Positions 1-9,625 of a DNA stretch of 64,000 bases are shown here, piece after piece. The stretch lies in assembly GCA_963702205.1 (NCBI GenBank), contig OY969724.1, positions 992,001 to 1,056,000 on the forward strand, given 5' to 3'. Origin of the DNA: an uncultured candidate division Zixibacteria bacterium (GTDB taxonomy: Bacteria; Zixibacteria; MSB-5A5; GN15; PGXB01). The position numbers were made by a program, and so were the translations under genes. Each line of letters opens with the position of its first letter. Position 1 is the stretch's first letter. Below the pieces are notes generated by a model. The model saw only the letters and a list, made by a program, of their open reading frames with translations, made no database searches and was not told where the DNA came from.

Positions 1-1
1 G

Positions 2-847
2 ACTTTCGGGGGGAAATACTCCGAGGCACCCGTCTGGGCCTTCTATTCTCCCGATGTCGAACTCGATGACTCGACGCTGACCGAAAAACTCGCGGATCTT
101 GGAGTCGAACTTAAGCCGTACACGATTCCCGAAGGCGCGGCGTGGTTTTATTATGCCGGAAAGCCTTATGCCGCCGCCGAAGCCGAAGCAATTGCCGCTG
201 AAGACAGCACGAATATTCTGGTCTGGGTCGATCCGGATACAATCTTCCTCATGCAGCCGGATGAGTTCGATCTGCCCGACAAAATCAGACTGGCCTATCG
301 CACTATTATGCACAACCGCGCCGGGTCGTTGTACGATCAGCCGCCCGGTGCATTATGGCAACGCATCTACGAACTAACCTCTGTAACCGATGACATGCTC
401 TTTCCCATGACCACGCAGGCCGATCTTCAAAAAATCCGGGCATACTTCCACTGCGGAATTTTGGTGCTCCGACCACAAAAGGGCATTTTGCGGCGCTGGG
501 CCGACGATTTTTCAATGATGATTCAGGATTCGGTAATTGTCGAGCAGTGCCGCGCCGACGTCGACAAGCGCGTCTTCCTCCACCAGAACGCCCTGACCGG
601 GGCCGTGTTAAATACTCTGGGTCGCGATGAAATGGTCGAACTGTCCGACCGCTATAATTATCCGCTGTTGTTCGAGAAAAATTACGAGGCCTCGCGGCCG
701 TTCGACGATTTGACCGACGTCGTCAGTATGCGCTGTGTCGTTTCGGCCGAAAAAGTTGGACCGGATTGGTACACTGAATTGACAGGGCCGGAAGACAGGA
801 TCGCGTGGCTGAGGGAGCGGCTTTTCCGCGAACCGGGCGTGCATTAA
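2..847 (+). CDS. Hypothetical protein, glycosyltransferase-like (GT-A DxD motif); 5' end outside window
   Basis: The frame of ORF 251..847 is open back to nt 2 (TFGGKYSEAPVW...). It contains ILVWVDPDTIFL (DxD), YFHCGILV and HQNAL, resembling GT8-type motifs. Confidence 0.55.
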   Translation, partial: TFGGKYSEAPVWAFYSPDVELDDSTLTEKLADLGVELKPYTIPEGAAWFYYAGKPYAAAEAEAIAAEDSTNILVWVDPDTIFLMQPDEFDLPDKIRLAYRTIMHNRAGSLYDQPPGALWQRIYELTSVTDDMLFPMTTQADLQKIRAYFHCGILVLRPQKGILRRWADDFSMMIQDSVIVEQCRADVDKRVFLHQNALTGAVLNTLGRDEMVELSDRYNYPLLFEKNYEASRPFDDLTDVVSMRCVVSAEKVGPDWYTELTGPEDRIAWLRERLFREPGVH

Positions 848-933
848 AATCACGATTTTTCACATTTTTCCTGATGTGATTGACAAATTTCCGAAATGGG
901 ACGATTTTGGTCTAAAATCGCCAAGGAGGAAAT

Positions 934-1404
934 ATGTCACAAACAGTCGATTCCGATTTCATAAAACAGCGGTTGATGTACTTTCTGGACGAGACTTTCA
1001 ATAAGGTCGATGGCATCTATCTGGACAAAGGAACCTCTTTGCTTGAAACTCTCGCTTCCCTCGATACCGAGCGGGTCTCGCAGCCGGTTTGCCCCGGCGC
1101 GACTACTATTGCCGGTCAGGTTGAGCATATACGGTTATACCTGGCCGTGATGTTCGATTACATGCGGGGCAAATGGTACGAGAAACTCGATTGGAAACAA
1201 AGCTGGCTGGTGAGCAAAGTAACGCCCGACGAGTGGGACGACCTCTTGCGGCAGCTCCGTGAGATTCACGGCAATGTCATCAGCCTGATCGAATCGACGA
1301 CCGATTGGTCAGATGAGCGTCGGCTCGACGGAACTATGGCCGTGGTGGTGCACACGGCCTATCATCTCGGGGCCATCCGGCAGATGCTGCGGGTGGTCAA
1401 GTAA
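934..1404 (+). CDS. DinB/YfiT family protein
   Basis: AAGGAGG RBS; TIAGQVEH and VVHTAYHLGAIRQ His motifs. Confidence 0.8.
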   Translation: MSQTVDSDFIKQRLMYFLDETFNKVDGIYLDKGTSLLETLASLDTERVSQPVCPGATTIAGQVEHIRLYLAVMFDYMRGKWYEKLDWKQSWLVSKVTPDEWDDLLRQLREIHGNVISLIESTTDWSDERRLDGTMAVVVHTAYHLGAIRQMLRVVK

Positions 1405-1630
1405 GATTCTCATTTCCTGCGCTCCGTCAATAGCATCGCCGCTCGATCAGGCCCTGTCTCGTGAAATTGGGGTTCAAGTTCTGTCAGGCCATTTCCCGAT
1501 GAAATCGGGATGAGACCTGACAGTCTTAATATAATATATCCAAAGGAAAACCGCCGCGTCTGGCTCCCCGATACATCGAAAAGCAGGACGTGGCGGAACA
1601 ATTTCCAAGGCTGTGGACTTTGCGGGCGGC

Positions 1631-3379
1631 CTACCAGCTCCCGCCGCCGCCACCACCGCCGCCTCCACCGGAGAATCCGCCCCCGCCCCCGCCGCCGGAA
1701 CTTCCGCTGCCGCGCGGCGCGGAAAAAATTGTATTTCCGAGATGCGATGACGCCGCTGTAATCGAATTGGCGAACAGGATCGGAGTGAAGGTCGCAAAGC
1801 CGTGGCTGGCGACGTACCAATTGGGCGGATCGGTCAGCAGTCCCTGGAAGGCCTTGGTCCAGTGATCGACCACGTCCAGCGCGATGGCATACGGCAGATA
1901 TTTATAGTACACATCCTGACCCATCCGTTCCAGCCGGTCGCGGTCGGCCCGGTTCATGAATTCGCGGAATCCAAGAATGTGCATGCGAGCCAATGCTCCC
2001 AGCCGCGTTTTGGCGGGCATGGCGTTAGCGAACAGGATGACAATCAATCCGGAAATTACACCCACGATAAATCCTTTCCATTCCCCCGACGGCATTATGA
2101 GAAACAGAATCAGGGAAATGGCGAACATGAGCACGAAACCCATCACGGAATACTTGCCCTTGACTTTGTCGGGACTGACGCCGAAAAATTTCTTGTCGAG
2201 CAGGTCCTTGAACAGGGTGCTTTTTAGCGATGAAATGTGCACGTAGAATTTGTTTTTTAAATCGGACACGAGCACCGACGTCGCACCATCCTCGAACAAG
2301 TCATCGAAAAGTTGCCGTTCGAACGGGGTCAGGTCGAAGTCGCGATCTTTGAGCTTGATCAGTTCATATTCTTTCGATGTGAAAATCTTCAGCAGACCCT
2401 CGTTTTCGCTCTCTTTGATTTTGATAAATCCCTTCACCGCCAGTCCGACAATGGCGGCCGACAAATCCCTCTGATCGAGCTGTTCGTCGATCAGCGTTCC
2501 TACCTCCGCCGCCGACAGCGGTTTGTCACCGGCTTTCGGAGGGTCGTACATGACTGTCACCGCCTCGCGCACTTTGGGATCACGGCCTTTGCGGAACCAC
2601 TGCACGATCATGAAAATAAAAACCAGCGGAGGCAGAACGAAAACCCAGTTTTCGACAAGGTTTATCCTCCAGACGAATTTCTGCCAGTCCGACGGCGGTG
2701 TGACGATGCCTTTGTCCCAGCCGAAGGCAATGGTCAGTCCTTCTCCGCTGCCCAGAGGTTCGGTGGTTTCAAACAATACGCCGTCCTTGACGTCGGTCGT
2801 GCTGCAATTGGATTGATTGGACCCATAGTGCCCGGTGTAGCAGTCACCGCTCAACCCGCTGCTTTTCTTATCGGCGTTGAGCGTCACCAGAGCCGAGGCT
2901 TTCTTGATTGGAGCCTGCCAGTAATTGCCGGTGACATTCCAGTACAGCTCGTCGTGATTGTCGAAAAACAACAGGGCGTTTTCCACGGTATAATCAATCA
3001 CATAAGTTTGCTGCCCATGGACGTAACGGTCGGCGTCACCGATGCGAATATTGACGACGTTTCCCTGGTGCGAAACGCGGTACGTGTGCGGGTTGCCGTC
3101 GGCGTCTTTCACGGAATGCACCGAAATCGGCATTATTTTGGTGTGACCGAGTTCGTCGACGTAACGGTACGGTATCTCGCGATAGATGCCGTGTTTTTGC
3201 CGCTCGAAATTGACCTGGATGGATTCGGTAATGTCGACGGTGCTGTTCTGGTTGACCCTGATTACGGCACCATACTGCTCGATAACGAAATCCTGCGCCG
3301 ACAAACAGGAGGCTGCCACCAGGACCAGCAAACCGGCGAACAACGTTAGCCGGATGGTCTTAAAAATATTCGTCTTCAT
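1631..3379 (-). CDS. DUF2207 family membrane protein
   Basis: Signal peptide, HGIYREIP, DELYWNVTG, YLPYAIAL and Gly-rich GGGGGGSW C-terminus; follows lemA. Confidence 0.9.
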   Translation of the reverse strand: MKTNIFKTIRLTLFAGLLVLVAASCLSAQDFVIEQYGAVIRVNQNSTVDITESIQVNFERQKHGIYREIPYRYVDELGHTKIMPISVHSVKDADGNPHTYRVSHQGNVVNIRIGDADRYVHGQQTYVIDYTVENALLFFDNHDELYWNVTGNYWQAPIKKASALVTLNADKKSSGLSGDCYTGHYGSNQSNCSTTDVKDGVLFETTEPLGSGEGLTIAFGWDKGIVTPPSDWQKFVWRINLVENWVFVLPPLVFIFMIVQWFRKGRDPKVREAVTVMYDPPKAGDKPLSAAEVGTLIDEQLDQRDLSAAIVGLAVKGFIKIKESENEGLLKIFTSKEYELIKLKDRDFDLTPFERQLFDDLFEDGATSVLVSDLKNKFYVHISSLKSTLFKDLLDKKFFGVSPDKVKGKYSVMGFVLMFAISLILFLIMPSGEWKGFIVGVISGLIVILFANAMPAKTRLGALARMHILGFREFMNRADRDRLERMGQDVYYKYLPYAIALDVVDHWTKAFQGLLTDPPNWYVASHGFATFTPILFANSITAASSHLGNTIFSAPRGSGSSGGGGGGGFSGGGGGGGGGGSW

Positions 3380-3394
3380 ATTTCCTCCCGACTA

Positions 3395-3949
3395 TTATGA
3401 AAAATCCGGGCGGATCGGTTTTCTTTCTTCGGGCAATTCCAGCTCGAAAAATTCGGCCGGTTTGAACCCGAGCATCCCCGCGAAAATCACCGCCGGAAAA
3501 GTCTGCATGGCGGTGTTGAAATCGCGGACGACGGCATTATAGTAGCGTCGGGCCGATTCGATCGCGTCTTCCAGCTGCTGGAACTGCCCCTGCAACTGGA
3601 GGAAATTCTGATTAGCTTTCAGTTCGGGGTAATTTTCGGCGACGGCAAACAGGCTCTTTAATGTATCCCGAAACATATTTTCCGATTTGGCCATCTGCTG
3701 CGGGCTGCCACCCTGCATGGCCATCGAGCGCGCTTCCGTGACTTTTTCGAATACTTCTCTCTCGTGTTTGGCATACGCTTTGACCGTCTCCACCAAACTC
3801 GGGACAAGATCGAATCTTTTCTTGAGCTGGACGTCGATATCCGACCATGACGATTGCACCGTGTTTCTCAGTTTAATCAGTCGGTTGTATATCGTAATCG
3901 ATGCGATTATGATTATGGCCAGTACGGCCAATAGAACATACGTTAGCAT
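3395..3949 (-). CDS. lemA: LemA family protein
   Basis: N-terminal TM, WSDIDVQLKKRFDLVP, AVAENYPELKANQNF, RRYYN; AAGGAG before the ATG at 3949. Confidence 0.95.
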   Translation of the reverse strand: MLTYVLLAVLAIIIIASITIYNRLIKLRNTVQSSWSDIDVQLKKRFDLVPSLVETVKAYAKHEREVFEKVTEARSMAMQGGSPQQMAKSENMFRDTLKSLFAVAENYPELKANQNFLQLQGQFQQLEDAIESARRYYNAVVRDFNTAMQTFPAVIFAGMLGFKPAEFFELELPEERKPIRPDFS

Positions 3950-4151
3950 TGATTTCTCTCCTTTTTGTGAATTCCGCCGAATGTTACGCAGATTTAATAT
4001 TCCCGTCAATTAATAAAACCTGTAGCAAAACGCCATTCGAGGTTTTCCGGGCATTGTCTCTCCGAACTTATATACCCGTAAGGTTTATAAATATTCGAGC
4101 TTGTATAAAATATCTGTTACTTTTTAACTGCTGGTTTCATCTTAACTGCAG

Positions 4152-4721
4152 ATGGGAATTAATAAATCTCTTTTCTGGCAACTGGTCGAAGAAGAACACG
4201 ACCGAACCAGGGCCTTCTGTTTTCGACTATCCGGAAATGTCGATGATGGTGACGATTTGTATCAGGAAGCGATAATAAAGGCCTTTCATGGACACGACAA
4301 CCTGCGCCGACCCGAATCGTTTCGTTGCTGGCTGTATAAAATAATCGGCAACGAATACAAAGGCCGGTTTCGAAGCCCGTGGTGGAAGCGGCTCGTGTTC
4401 GGCTCGAAAATTGGTCCGGGATCGGAACCGAGCGAAAACCCTTCGGGATTGTTTGCGGCAAGGCGCCGCCTCGACCTGGCGATGTCGGTGCTGTCGGCGG
4501 AAGATCGCTGGCTGGTGGTGCTCTGTGAACTGGAAGGCTGGAAAATCACCGAGGTGGCGAAACTGCAGTCAAAAACCGAATGTCAGATAAAGATGCGCCT
4601 TTCGCGGGCGCGCAGTAAAATGCGAAAGAAACTGGTCGCTCTTTACGGAGCGAAAAACTCTAACAATGTTTGGGAAAACGAACCGTATGAACTGTCAACA
4701 GGCTCGGAAAAGATTAAATGA
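4152..4721 (+). CDS. ECF RNA polymerase sigma factor
   Basis: Region 2 (DDLYQEAIIKA, FRCWLYKI) and region 4 (VAKLQ...IKMRLSRAR). Confidence 0.9.
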   Translation: MGINKSLFWQLVEEEHDRTRAFCFRLSGNVDDGDDLYQEAIIKAFHGHDNLRRPESFRCWLYKIIGNEYKGRFRSPWWKRLVFGSKIGPGSEPSENPSGLFAARRRLDLAMSVLSAEDRWLVVLCELEGWKITEVAKLQSKTECQIKMRLSRARSKMRKKLVALYGAKNSNNVWENEPYELSTGSEKIK

Positions 4722-5355
4722 CGCCGACTGGCGGCAGGATATTTATGGCCGCGATCGTGAACTGACCGACCATATTGCTTCCTGTCCCGACTGTGCCGCA
4801 CTGGTTAACGCTGAAACTGCTGTCCACCGCGATGTGCAGACCTGGCATAATGCCACTCCGGAAAGGCAATTGACGGTCGCCGAGGTAAAAAGCAAAGCTG
4901 AAGATTCAGGTCGGCCCCTGTTCGGATTCCCGCTGTTTTTATCGCGCCACCGCCTCGCTTTGGGGCTGACAATAATAATTCTGGCCGTCACGGCGTTTTA
5001 TCCGATAAAAACACGGGAACAGGTCGGATATGAGATTTCCATCACCGGCGTTGACAAAAACATCGCCACCGACAGCAAGGGTATCATGACCCTTCTTTGG
5101 GCGCTGGGTATGGATGAAGATAAAATCGAGACTTTATTGGATTCTCTGGAAATAAAGGAAGTGCATCTAAAAGTCGGAGACTGCAGCGAAACCTGTCACC
5201 TGAGCATCTCGGACCTGAAAACCGAGCGCGACGCCGAGCTGGTCGCGAAGGCCATTGTCGACCTCGGCTGCTGTGAGATAGATAAAATAATTCCCATCTT
5301 TCAAAATGAATCAACCACCCTTTTGGGTGAAGCCACCCGAAAATTGTTCTCGTAG
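4687..5355 (+). CDS. Putative zinc-finger (HxxxCxxC) membrane anti-sigma factor
   Basis: MNC...DHIASCPDC, one TM helix, overlaps the 3' end of the ECF gene. Confidence 0.75.
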   Translation: MNCQQARKRLNDADWRQDIYGRDRELTDHIASCPDCAALVNAETAVHRDVQTWHNATPERQLTVAEVKSKAEDSGRPLFGFPLFLSRHRLALGLTIIILAVTAFYPIKTREQVGYEISITGVDKNIATDSKGIMTLLWALGMDEDKIETLLDSLEIKEVHLKVGDCSETCHLSISDLKTERDAELVAKAIVDLGCCEIDKIIPIFQNESTTLLGEATRKLFS

Positions 5356-5373
5356 ACTATCAAGGAGTTGAAA

Positions 5374-6099
5374 ATGAAATCAATCAAATCAATAATATTC
5401 GCAGGCATCATCGCACTGGCCTTCGGGCCAACCGCCCTGGCCGAGGCGGAACTGACCATCCCGAAGGAAAACTTCGATTTCGGTATAATGCCGCAAAACT
5501 CCAGAGTATTCGGCGGCTACTGGCTGGTTTCGAGCGGCAGCGATACGCTCAAGATTACCGATGTCAAGCCCGGCTGCGGCTGCACCAAAGCCCCGTTGAA
5601 AAAATCCAGGATTGCCCCCGGTGACAGCACTTTTCTGGAAATATCGTTCAGCTCCAAGCAGTACACCAACCGGGTTCACAAGACGATCAGGATCAACAGC
5701 AATACCTCCGAACCGAGCCGGACAATCTCGCTGACCGGATTCGTGCAGGTGCAAATGGATTCCACGAAACCGGTCATTATCAGTCCGTACAAACTGGACG
5801 TCTCCCAGTACGGCACCAGAAAACGCGATTATATTAATTTTACGATGGAAAACGTTACCGACCAGGACCTCACCTGGCATATGGTGTATTATCCGACAGA
5901 CTATTTCGACGTGGATTTGCCTTATGCAATCAAGGCCGGTCAGAAAGTCAAGGGGACATTGACGGTCAAGCCGGATTATGTCAACGAAAACATCGATCAG
6001 TCGTTTACGATTGAATTTAACAATCAGGGCCGAACCCATTTTACGATTCCGGTGATCCGCACGGTTCGTCACCCGGCCAAATCTTCCGCCGGAAAATAA
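5374..6099 (+). CDS. DUF1573 domain-containing exported protein
   Basis: Signal peptide, FDFG...LKITDVKPGCGCT...IAPG; AAGGAG RBS 6 nt before the ATG. Confidence 0.85.
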   Translation: MKSIKSIIFAGIIALAFGPTALAEAELTIPKENFDFGIMPQNSRVFGGYWLVSSGSDTLKITDVKPGCGCTKAPLKKSRIAPGDSTFLEISFSSKQYTNRVHKTIRINSNTSEPSRTISLTGFVQVQMDSTKPVIISPYKLDVSQYGTRKRDYINFTMENVTDQDLTWHMVYYPTDYFDVDLPYAIKAGQKVKGTLTVKPDYVNENIDQSFTIEFNNQGRTHFTIPVIRTVRHPAKSSAGK

Positions 6100-6109
6100 T
6101 GCTGCTTTG

Positions 6110-6139
6110 AATAAAGCCCCTCGATTGGGGGGTTTTATT
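6110..6139 (+). terminator. Rho-independent terminator
   Basis: AATAAAGCCCC-TCGATTGG-GGGGTTTTATT hairpin 10 nt after the stop at 6099. Confidence 0.65.
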
Positions 6140-6285
6140 ATCGATGCCTAATATGACAATAATAGTCCTAATAATCTATTATTTTTATTGCTCGAAATTT
6201 ATAAACTCATATATTTATAAATGATGCTGAAAAGATGCTGAACGAGACATTTTAAATCTCCAACCCTCACATTTCAGGAGGATCT

Positions 6286-7176
6286 ATGAAGCAACTTTTT
6301 GGCATTGCTCTGGCAATTCTGGCTGTGTTGCTCGTGTTCGCCTGCAGCAGCACTCCGCCGACCCAGCCCAGTTCCCACGTCGATTATTCGGCGCCTCTGG
6401 TTCAGCGCCCTGACTTCGTGGAAACCCGTCCGGCCGACGTCGTGGCCAATTTCACGCTGACGTACCAAAAAGTCCCGACCGCCGTACTTAGCAAAAAGCC
6501 CGCGCCGGAACCGCCGCCCGACACGACCAGCGGCGATCCCAATCCCAATCCGGGCCATAAGTACGCTTATATTGTGGGTATTTCCGACTACGAAGGCACG
6601 GCGAATGATCTGGAGTTTTGCGACGACGATGCCCAGGCCATGCGGGCATGGCTGCTGACCCAGGGATTCACCTGCCGTATGGACCTCGATATGAATGCCA
6701 CGGGTACTAATATTACGGCCGGTTTACAGTGGCTTATCGATAATGCCGAGTCCGGAGATGAGATCGCGTTTTGTTATTCCGGTCACGGCGGTCGTTCCAC
6801 CGAAGGTTCGGCCATTATTTCGGCCGATTTGTACTATGTCACCCACGGCTATGTCATGTCGTATTTCAACGCCGTCAATTGCACCAAAAAGCTGGCGACG
6901 CTCGATGCCTGTGTTATTGGTGACTTCCATCTCGACGTCGTCGACGGTACGTTCATGGCTACGGCGTCCGATCGCAAATATTCTTATGACGCCCCGACTC
7001 TTGAGCATGGCGCCTGGACTTATTACTGGCTCGATGGTGTCGAAGACATGAATTTGATCTATGCCGAAGACGCCGCTCCGTACGCCGAAGACGGCATGGA
7101 AGACTGGGCCGCTTCTTATCGTCTTAAAGTCGATCCCAAACATACTGATTTGTATACCGGTCAAATGGATATGTAA
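6286..7176 (+). CDS. Lipoprotein with caspase/metacaspase (peptidase C14) domain
   Basis: Lipobox LVFAC; YAYIVGISDY...DL..CDDDA; catalytic YSGHG and LDAC. Confidence 0.85.
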   Translation: MKQLFGIALAILAVLLVFACSSTPPTQPSSHVDYSAPLVQRPDFVETRPADVVANFTLTYQKVPTAVLSKKPAPEPPPDTTSGDPNPNPGHKYAYIVGISDYEGTANDLEFCDDDAQAMRAWLLTQGFTCRMDLDMNATGTNITAGLQWLIDNAESGDEIAFCYSGHGGRSTEGSAIISADLYYVTHGYVMSYFNAVNCTKKLATLDACVIGDFHLDVVDGTFMATASDRKYSYDAPTLEHGAWTYYWLDGVEDMNLIYAEDAAPYAEDGMEDWAASYRLKVDPKHTDLYTGQMDM

Positions 7177-7195
7177 GGACAGTATCGGCACTCCA

Positions 7196-7231
7196 CAAAA
7201 AGAGGCTCGTTTCGGCGAGCCTCTTTGTTTT
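7196..7231. terminator. Bidirectional rho-independent terminator
   Basis: AAAGAGGCTCG-TTTCGG-CGAGCCTCTTT between convergent genes. Confidence 0.8.
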
Positions 7232-7241
7232 AGCATGCCCT

Positions 7242-7589
7242 TTAGTATTTCGGTTCGTACAATTCCACCTCGATATCACCCGGCATTTTGAAATGAGTAA
7301 TAAACCCGTATTCATTAGGTTTTATTTCATCGACAAACTCCACACCTCGCTCTTTTAATTCCGCGACTGTCTGCCTTATGTCTTCGCAGTAGAATGATAT
7401 GTATGGCAGGCCCGACGGTTTGCCTTTGGCCGGGTCGTCGGGATGACACCCCATATTGGCTTCGGGCAAATCGAAAATCAACCAGCCTCCGCCGACGTCG
7501 GTATACGGAAATCTCAATTTGTCGCGAATAAAGGCCCTCAACTCATCCGGTTGTGACGTGAAAAACATGGTATGAACACCCTTGATCAT
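7242..7589 (-). CDS. VOC (glyoxalase/bleomycin resistance) family protein
   Basis: ISFYCEDI..TVAELKERGVEF, FKMPGDIEVELYEP; GGAGG RBS. Confidence 0.85.
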   Translation of the reverse strand: MIKGVHTMFFTSQPDELRAFIRDKLRFPYTDVGGGWLIFDLPEANMGCHPDDPAKGKPSGLPYISFYCEDIRQTVAELKERGVEFVDEIKPNEYGFITHFKMPGDIEVELYEPKY

Positions 7590-7822
7590 TCTTCCTCCAG
7601 GTTCGGTATGCGCCAGTGTTTTGGGCCCTTTTCTTATCTGCTCCTGAACAATGATTAATAGGCCCGTAATTAAAATAAAACGACGGTTATATCGATATAT
7701 TTGAGAATTTAAATCGTCATCACGGCCAAACGAAGAATTGCGCTTTGAAATTCCCCTTGCCCGGCGGACTCGACTTTCGTTAATTGGTGCGTAATTATAT
7801 ATCTAATGGGGAGAATACCGTT

Positions 7823-9505
7823 ATGACCGATAAATTTATATTTCACATGCGAGGCCTGAATAAATTCTTTGGCACCAAGCAGGTTTTGAAAGACGTCAAC
7901 CTGAGCTTTTATCCCGGCGCCAAAATCGGAATCGTCGGCGAAAACGGTTCCGGCAAATCGACTCTGCTGCGAATCATGGCCGGGGCGGATACCGAATTCC
8001 AGGGCGATGCTTTCATCACGTCGGGCTATCGGGCCGGTATGGTCGAGCAGGAGCCGCGACTCGACCCGGACCTGACCGTCCGCCAGACCATCGAATCGGC
8101 CTTCAGCGAAACCCGGGCTCTGCTCGATGAGTACAACCAACTGGCCGACAACATGGCCACGCCGATGGATGACGATGACATGCAGAAGGCTATGGACAAA
8201 ATGGGAGTTTTGCAGGACAAAATCGATACCCTCGATGCCTGGAATCTCGACCATGCCATCAATGTCGCCAGTGACGCCTTGTGTCTCCCCGAGGACAACC
8301 GGGTTGTCGGCACCTTGTCCGGTGGCGAAAAGCGCCGGGTGGCTTTGTGCAAAATTTTGCTGGAAAAGCCGGACCTGCTCTTGCTCGATGAACCGACCAA
8401 CCACCTCGACGCCGAAACAATCAACTGGCTCGAAGAACAGTTAGTCGTGTATCCCGGCACCGTAATTATAGTCACGCACGACCGGTATTTTCTGGATAAC
8501 GTCACCAAATGGATTCTGGAACTCGAAGCCGGACACGGGATACCGTGGGAGGGCAATTATACTTCATGGCTGGAACAGAAGCTGGTCGATCTGGCTGAAG
8601 GTGAGAAAAAGGATTCGCCCCGAAGCAAGATGCTTCAACGGGAATTGTCGTGGATTCGCATGAGCCGTGGCGAGCGCAAAGAGCAGTCGCGAGCTCGAAT
8701 TCGTGACTATGAGCAGTTGGTCGCCAAAGAAACCGCCGCTCGCAAATCCGAAAGTGCCGTTGTCATACAGATCGCACCGGGTCCCGATCTCGGCAATCAG
8801 GTCGTTGAGTTTCATGACGTCGCGATGGGTTTCGATGACCAGCGGCTGTTCGAAAAACTCGATTTCATCGTCCCGCGCGGGGCCGTTATCGGTCTGGCCG
8901 GGCCCAACGGCACCGGCAAGACGACCCTGTTTAACCTTATTGCGGGGAATTTGCAGCCGCTCGACGGCGGCATCAAACTCGGCACGACTGTCAGTCTGGT
9001 CTATGCCGATCAGGAACGTGAAGCCATCATCGGTGATAAGCCGCTGATCGAAGAAGTCGGCGGGGGCCTGGATGAAATCCCGATCGGCAATCGCAAAATC
9101 CCCATCCGTCAGTACCTGGCCCAGTTCGGTTTCAAGGGTTCGGCTCAGCAAAAAAAGGCCGGAGAGCTTTCCGGCGGCGAGCGCAACCGGTGTCACCTTG
9201 CCAAAGTTCTCAAGGCCGGGGGGAATTTGATTTTACTCGATGAACCGACCAACGATCTCGATGTCAACACTCTCCGCATGCTGGAAGAGGCTATTCTGCA
9301 GTTTTCGGGCTGCATTATGGTTATCAGTCACGACCGATTCTTCCTCGATCGTGTCTGCACCCACCTGCTGGTTTTCGAGGGTGACGGCAAAGTCCGCTGG
9401 TTCGAAGGCAATTTCTCCGAATATCAGGAATGGCGAAGCAAAGAGTTGGGCGATCGGCTGTTCGAAAATCGCCGCAATCGCTATCGAACCCTGGTAAAGG
9501 CCTGA
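7823..9505 (+). CDS. ettA: ABC-F family ATPase, energy-dependent translational throttle EttA
   Basis: LSFYPGAKIG, two Walker A motifs (GENGSGKS, GPNGTGKT), LSGGE x2, PWEGNYTSWLEQK linker, no TM segments. Confidence 0.9.
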   Translation: MTDKFIFHMRGLNKFFGTKQVLKDVNLSFYPGAKIGIVGENGSGKSTLLRIMAGADTEFQGDAFITSGYRAGMVEQEPRLDPDLTVRQTIESAFSETRALLDEYNQLADNMATPMDDDDMQKAMDKMGVLQDKIDTLDAWNLDHAINVASDALCLPEDNRVVGTLSGGEKRRVALCKILLEKPDLLLLDEPTNHLDAETINWLEEQLVVYPGTVIIVTHDRYFLDNVTKWILELEAGHGIPWEGNYTSWLEQKLVDLAEGEKKDSPRSKMLQRELSWIRMSRGERKEQSRARIRDYEQLVAKETAARKSESAVVIQIAPGPDLGNQVVEFHDVAMGFDDQRLFEKLDFIVPRGAVIGLAGPNGTGKTTLFNLIAGNLQPLDGGIKLGTTVSLVYADQEREAIIGDKPLIEEVGGGLDEIPIGNRKIPIRQYLAQFGFKGSAQQKKAGELSGGERNRCHLAKVLKAGGNLILLDEPTNDLDVNTLRMLEEAILQFSGCIMVISHDRFFLDRVCTHLLVFEGDGKVRWFEGNFSEYQEWRSKELGDRLFENRRNRYRTLVKA

Positions 9506-9625
9506 CCTTTTATTTAACGGCAAGCATTTCTTTAAAATAAATGCAAATTACCCCCGCTTGATTTTTTTTATTTTTATGGCCGTTGTACGCCCCACATGCG
9601 ATATTGATAGCGCGAGTTAATTTTT

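Noticed and set aside
1631..1710. CCG/CCA-rich low-complexity tract and Pro- or Arg-rich ORFs
   Set aside because: It is the Gly-rich tail of DUF2207; the other ORFs are shadows of it.
2312..3349. Long antisense ORFs (also 26165..27229, 29532..30740, 7709..8404)
   Set aside because: They are antisense shadows of well-supported genes and show no recognisable motifs.
7182..7208. GCCGATAC sigma-28 -10 element on the minus strand
   Set aside because: No matching -35 element; it lies beside a terminator and points antisense into the caspase gene.
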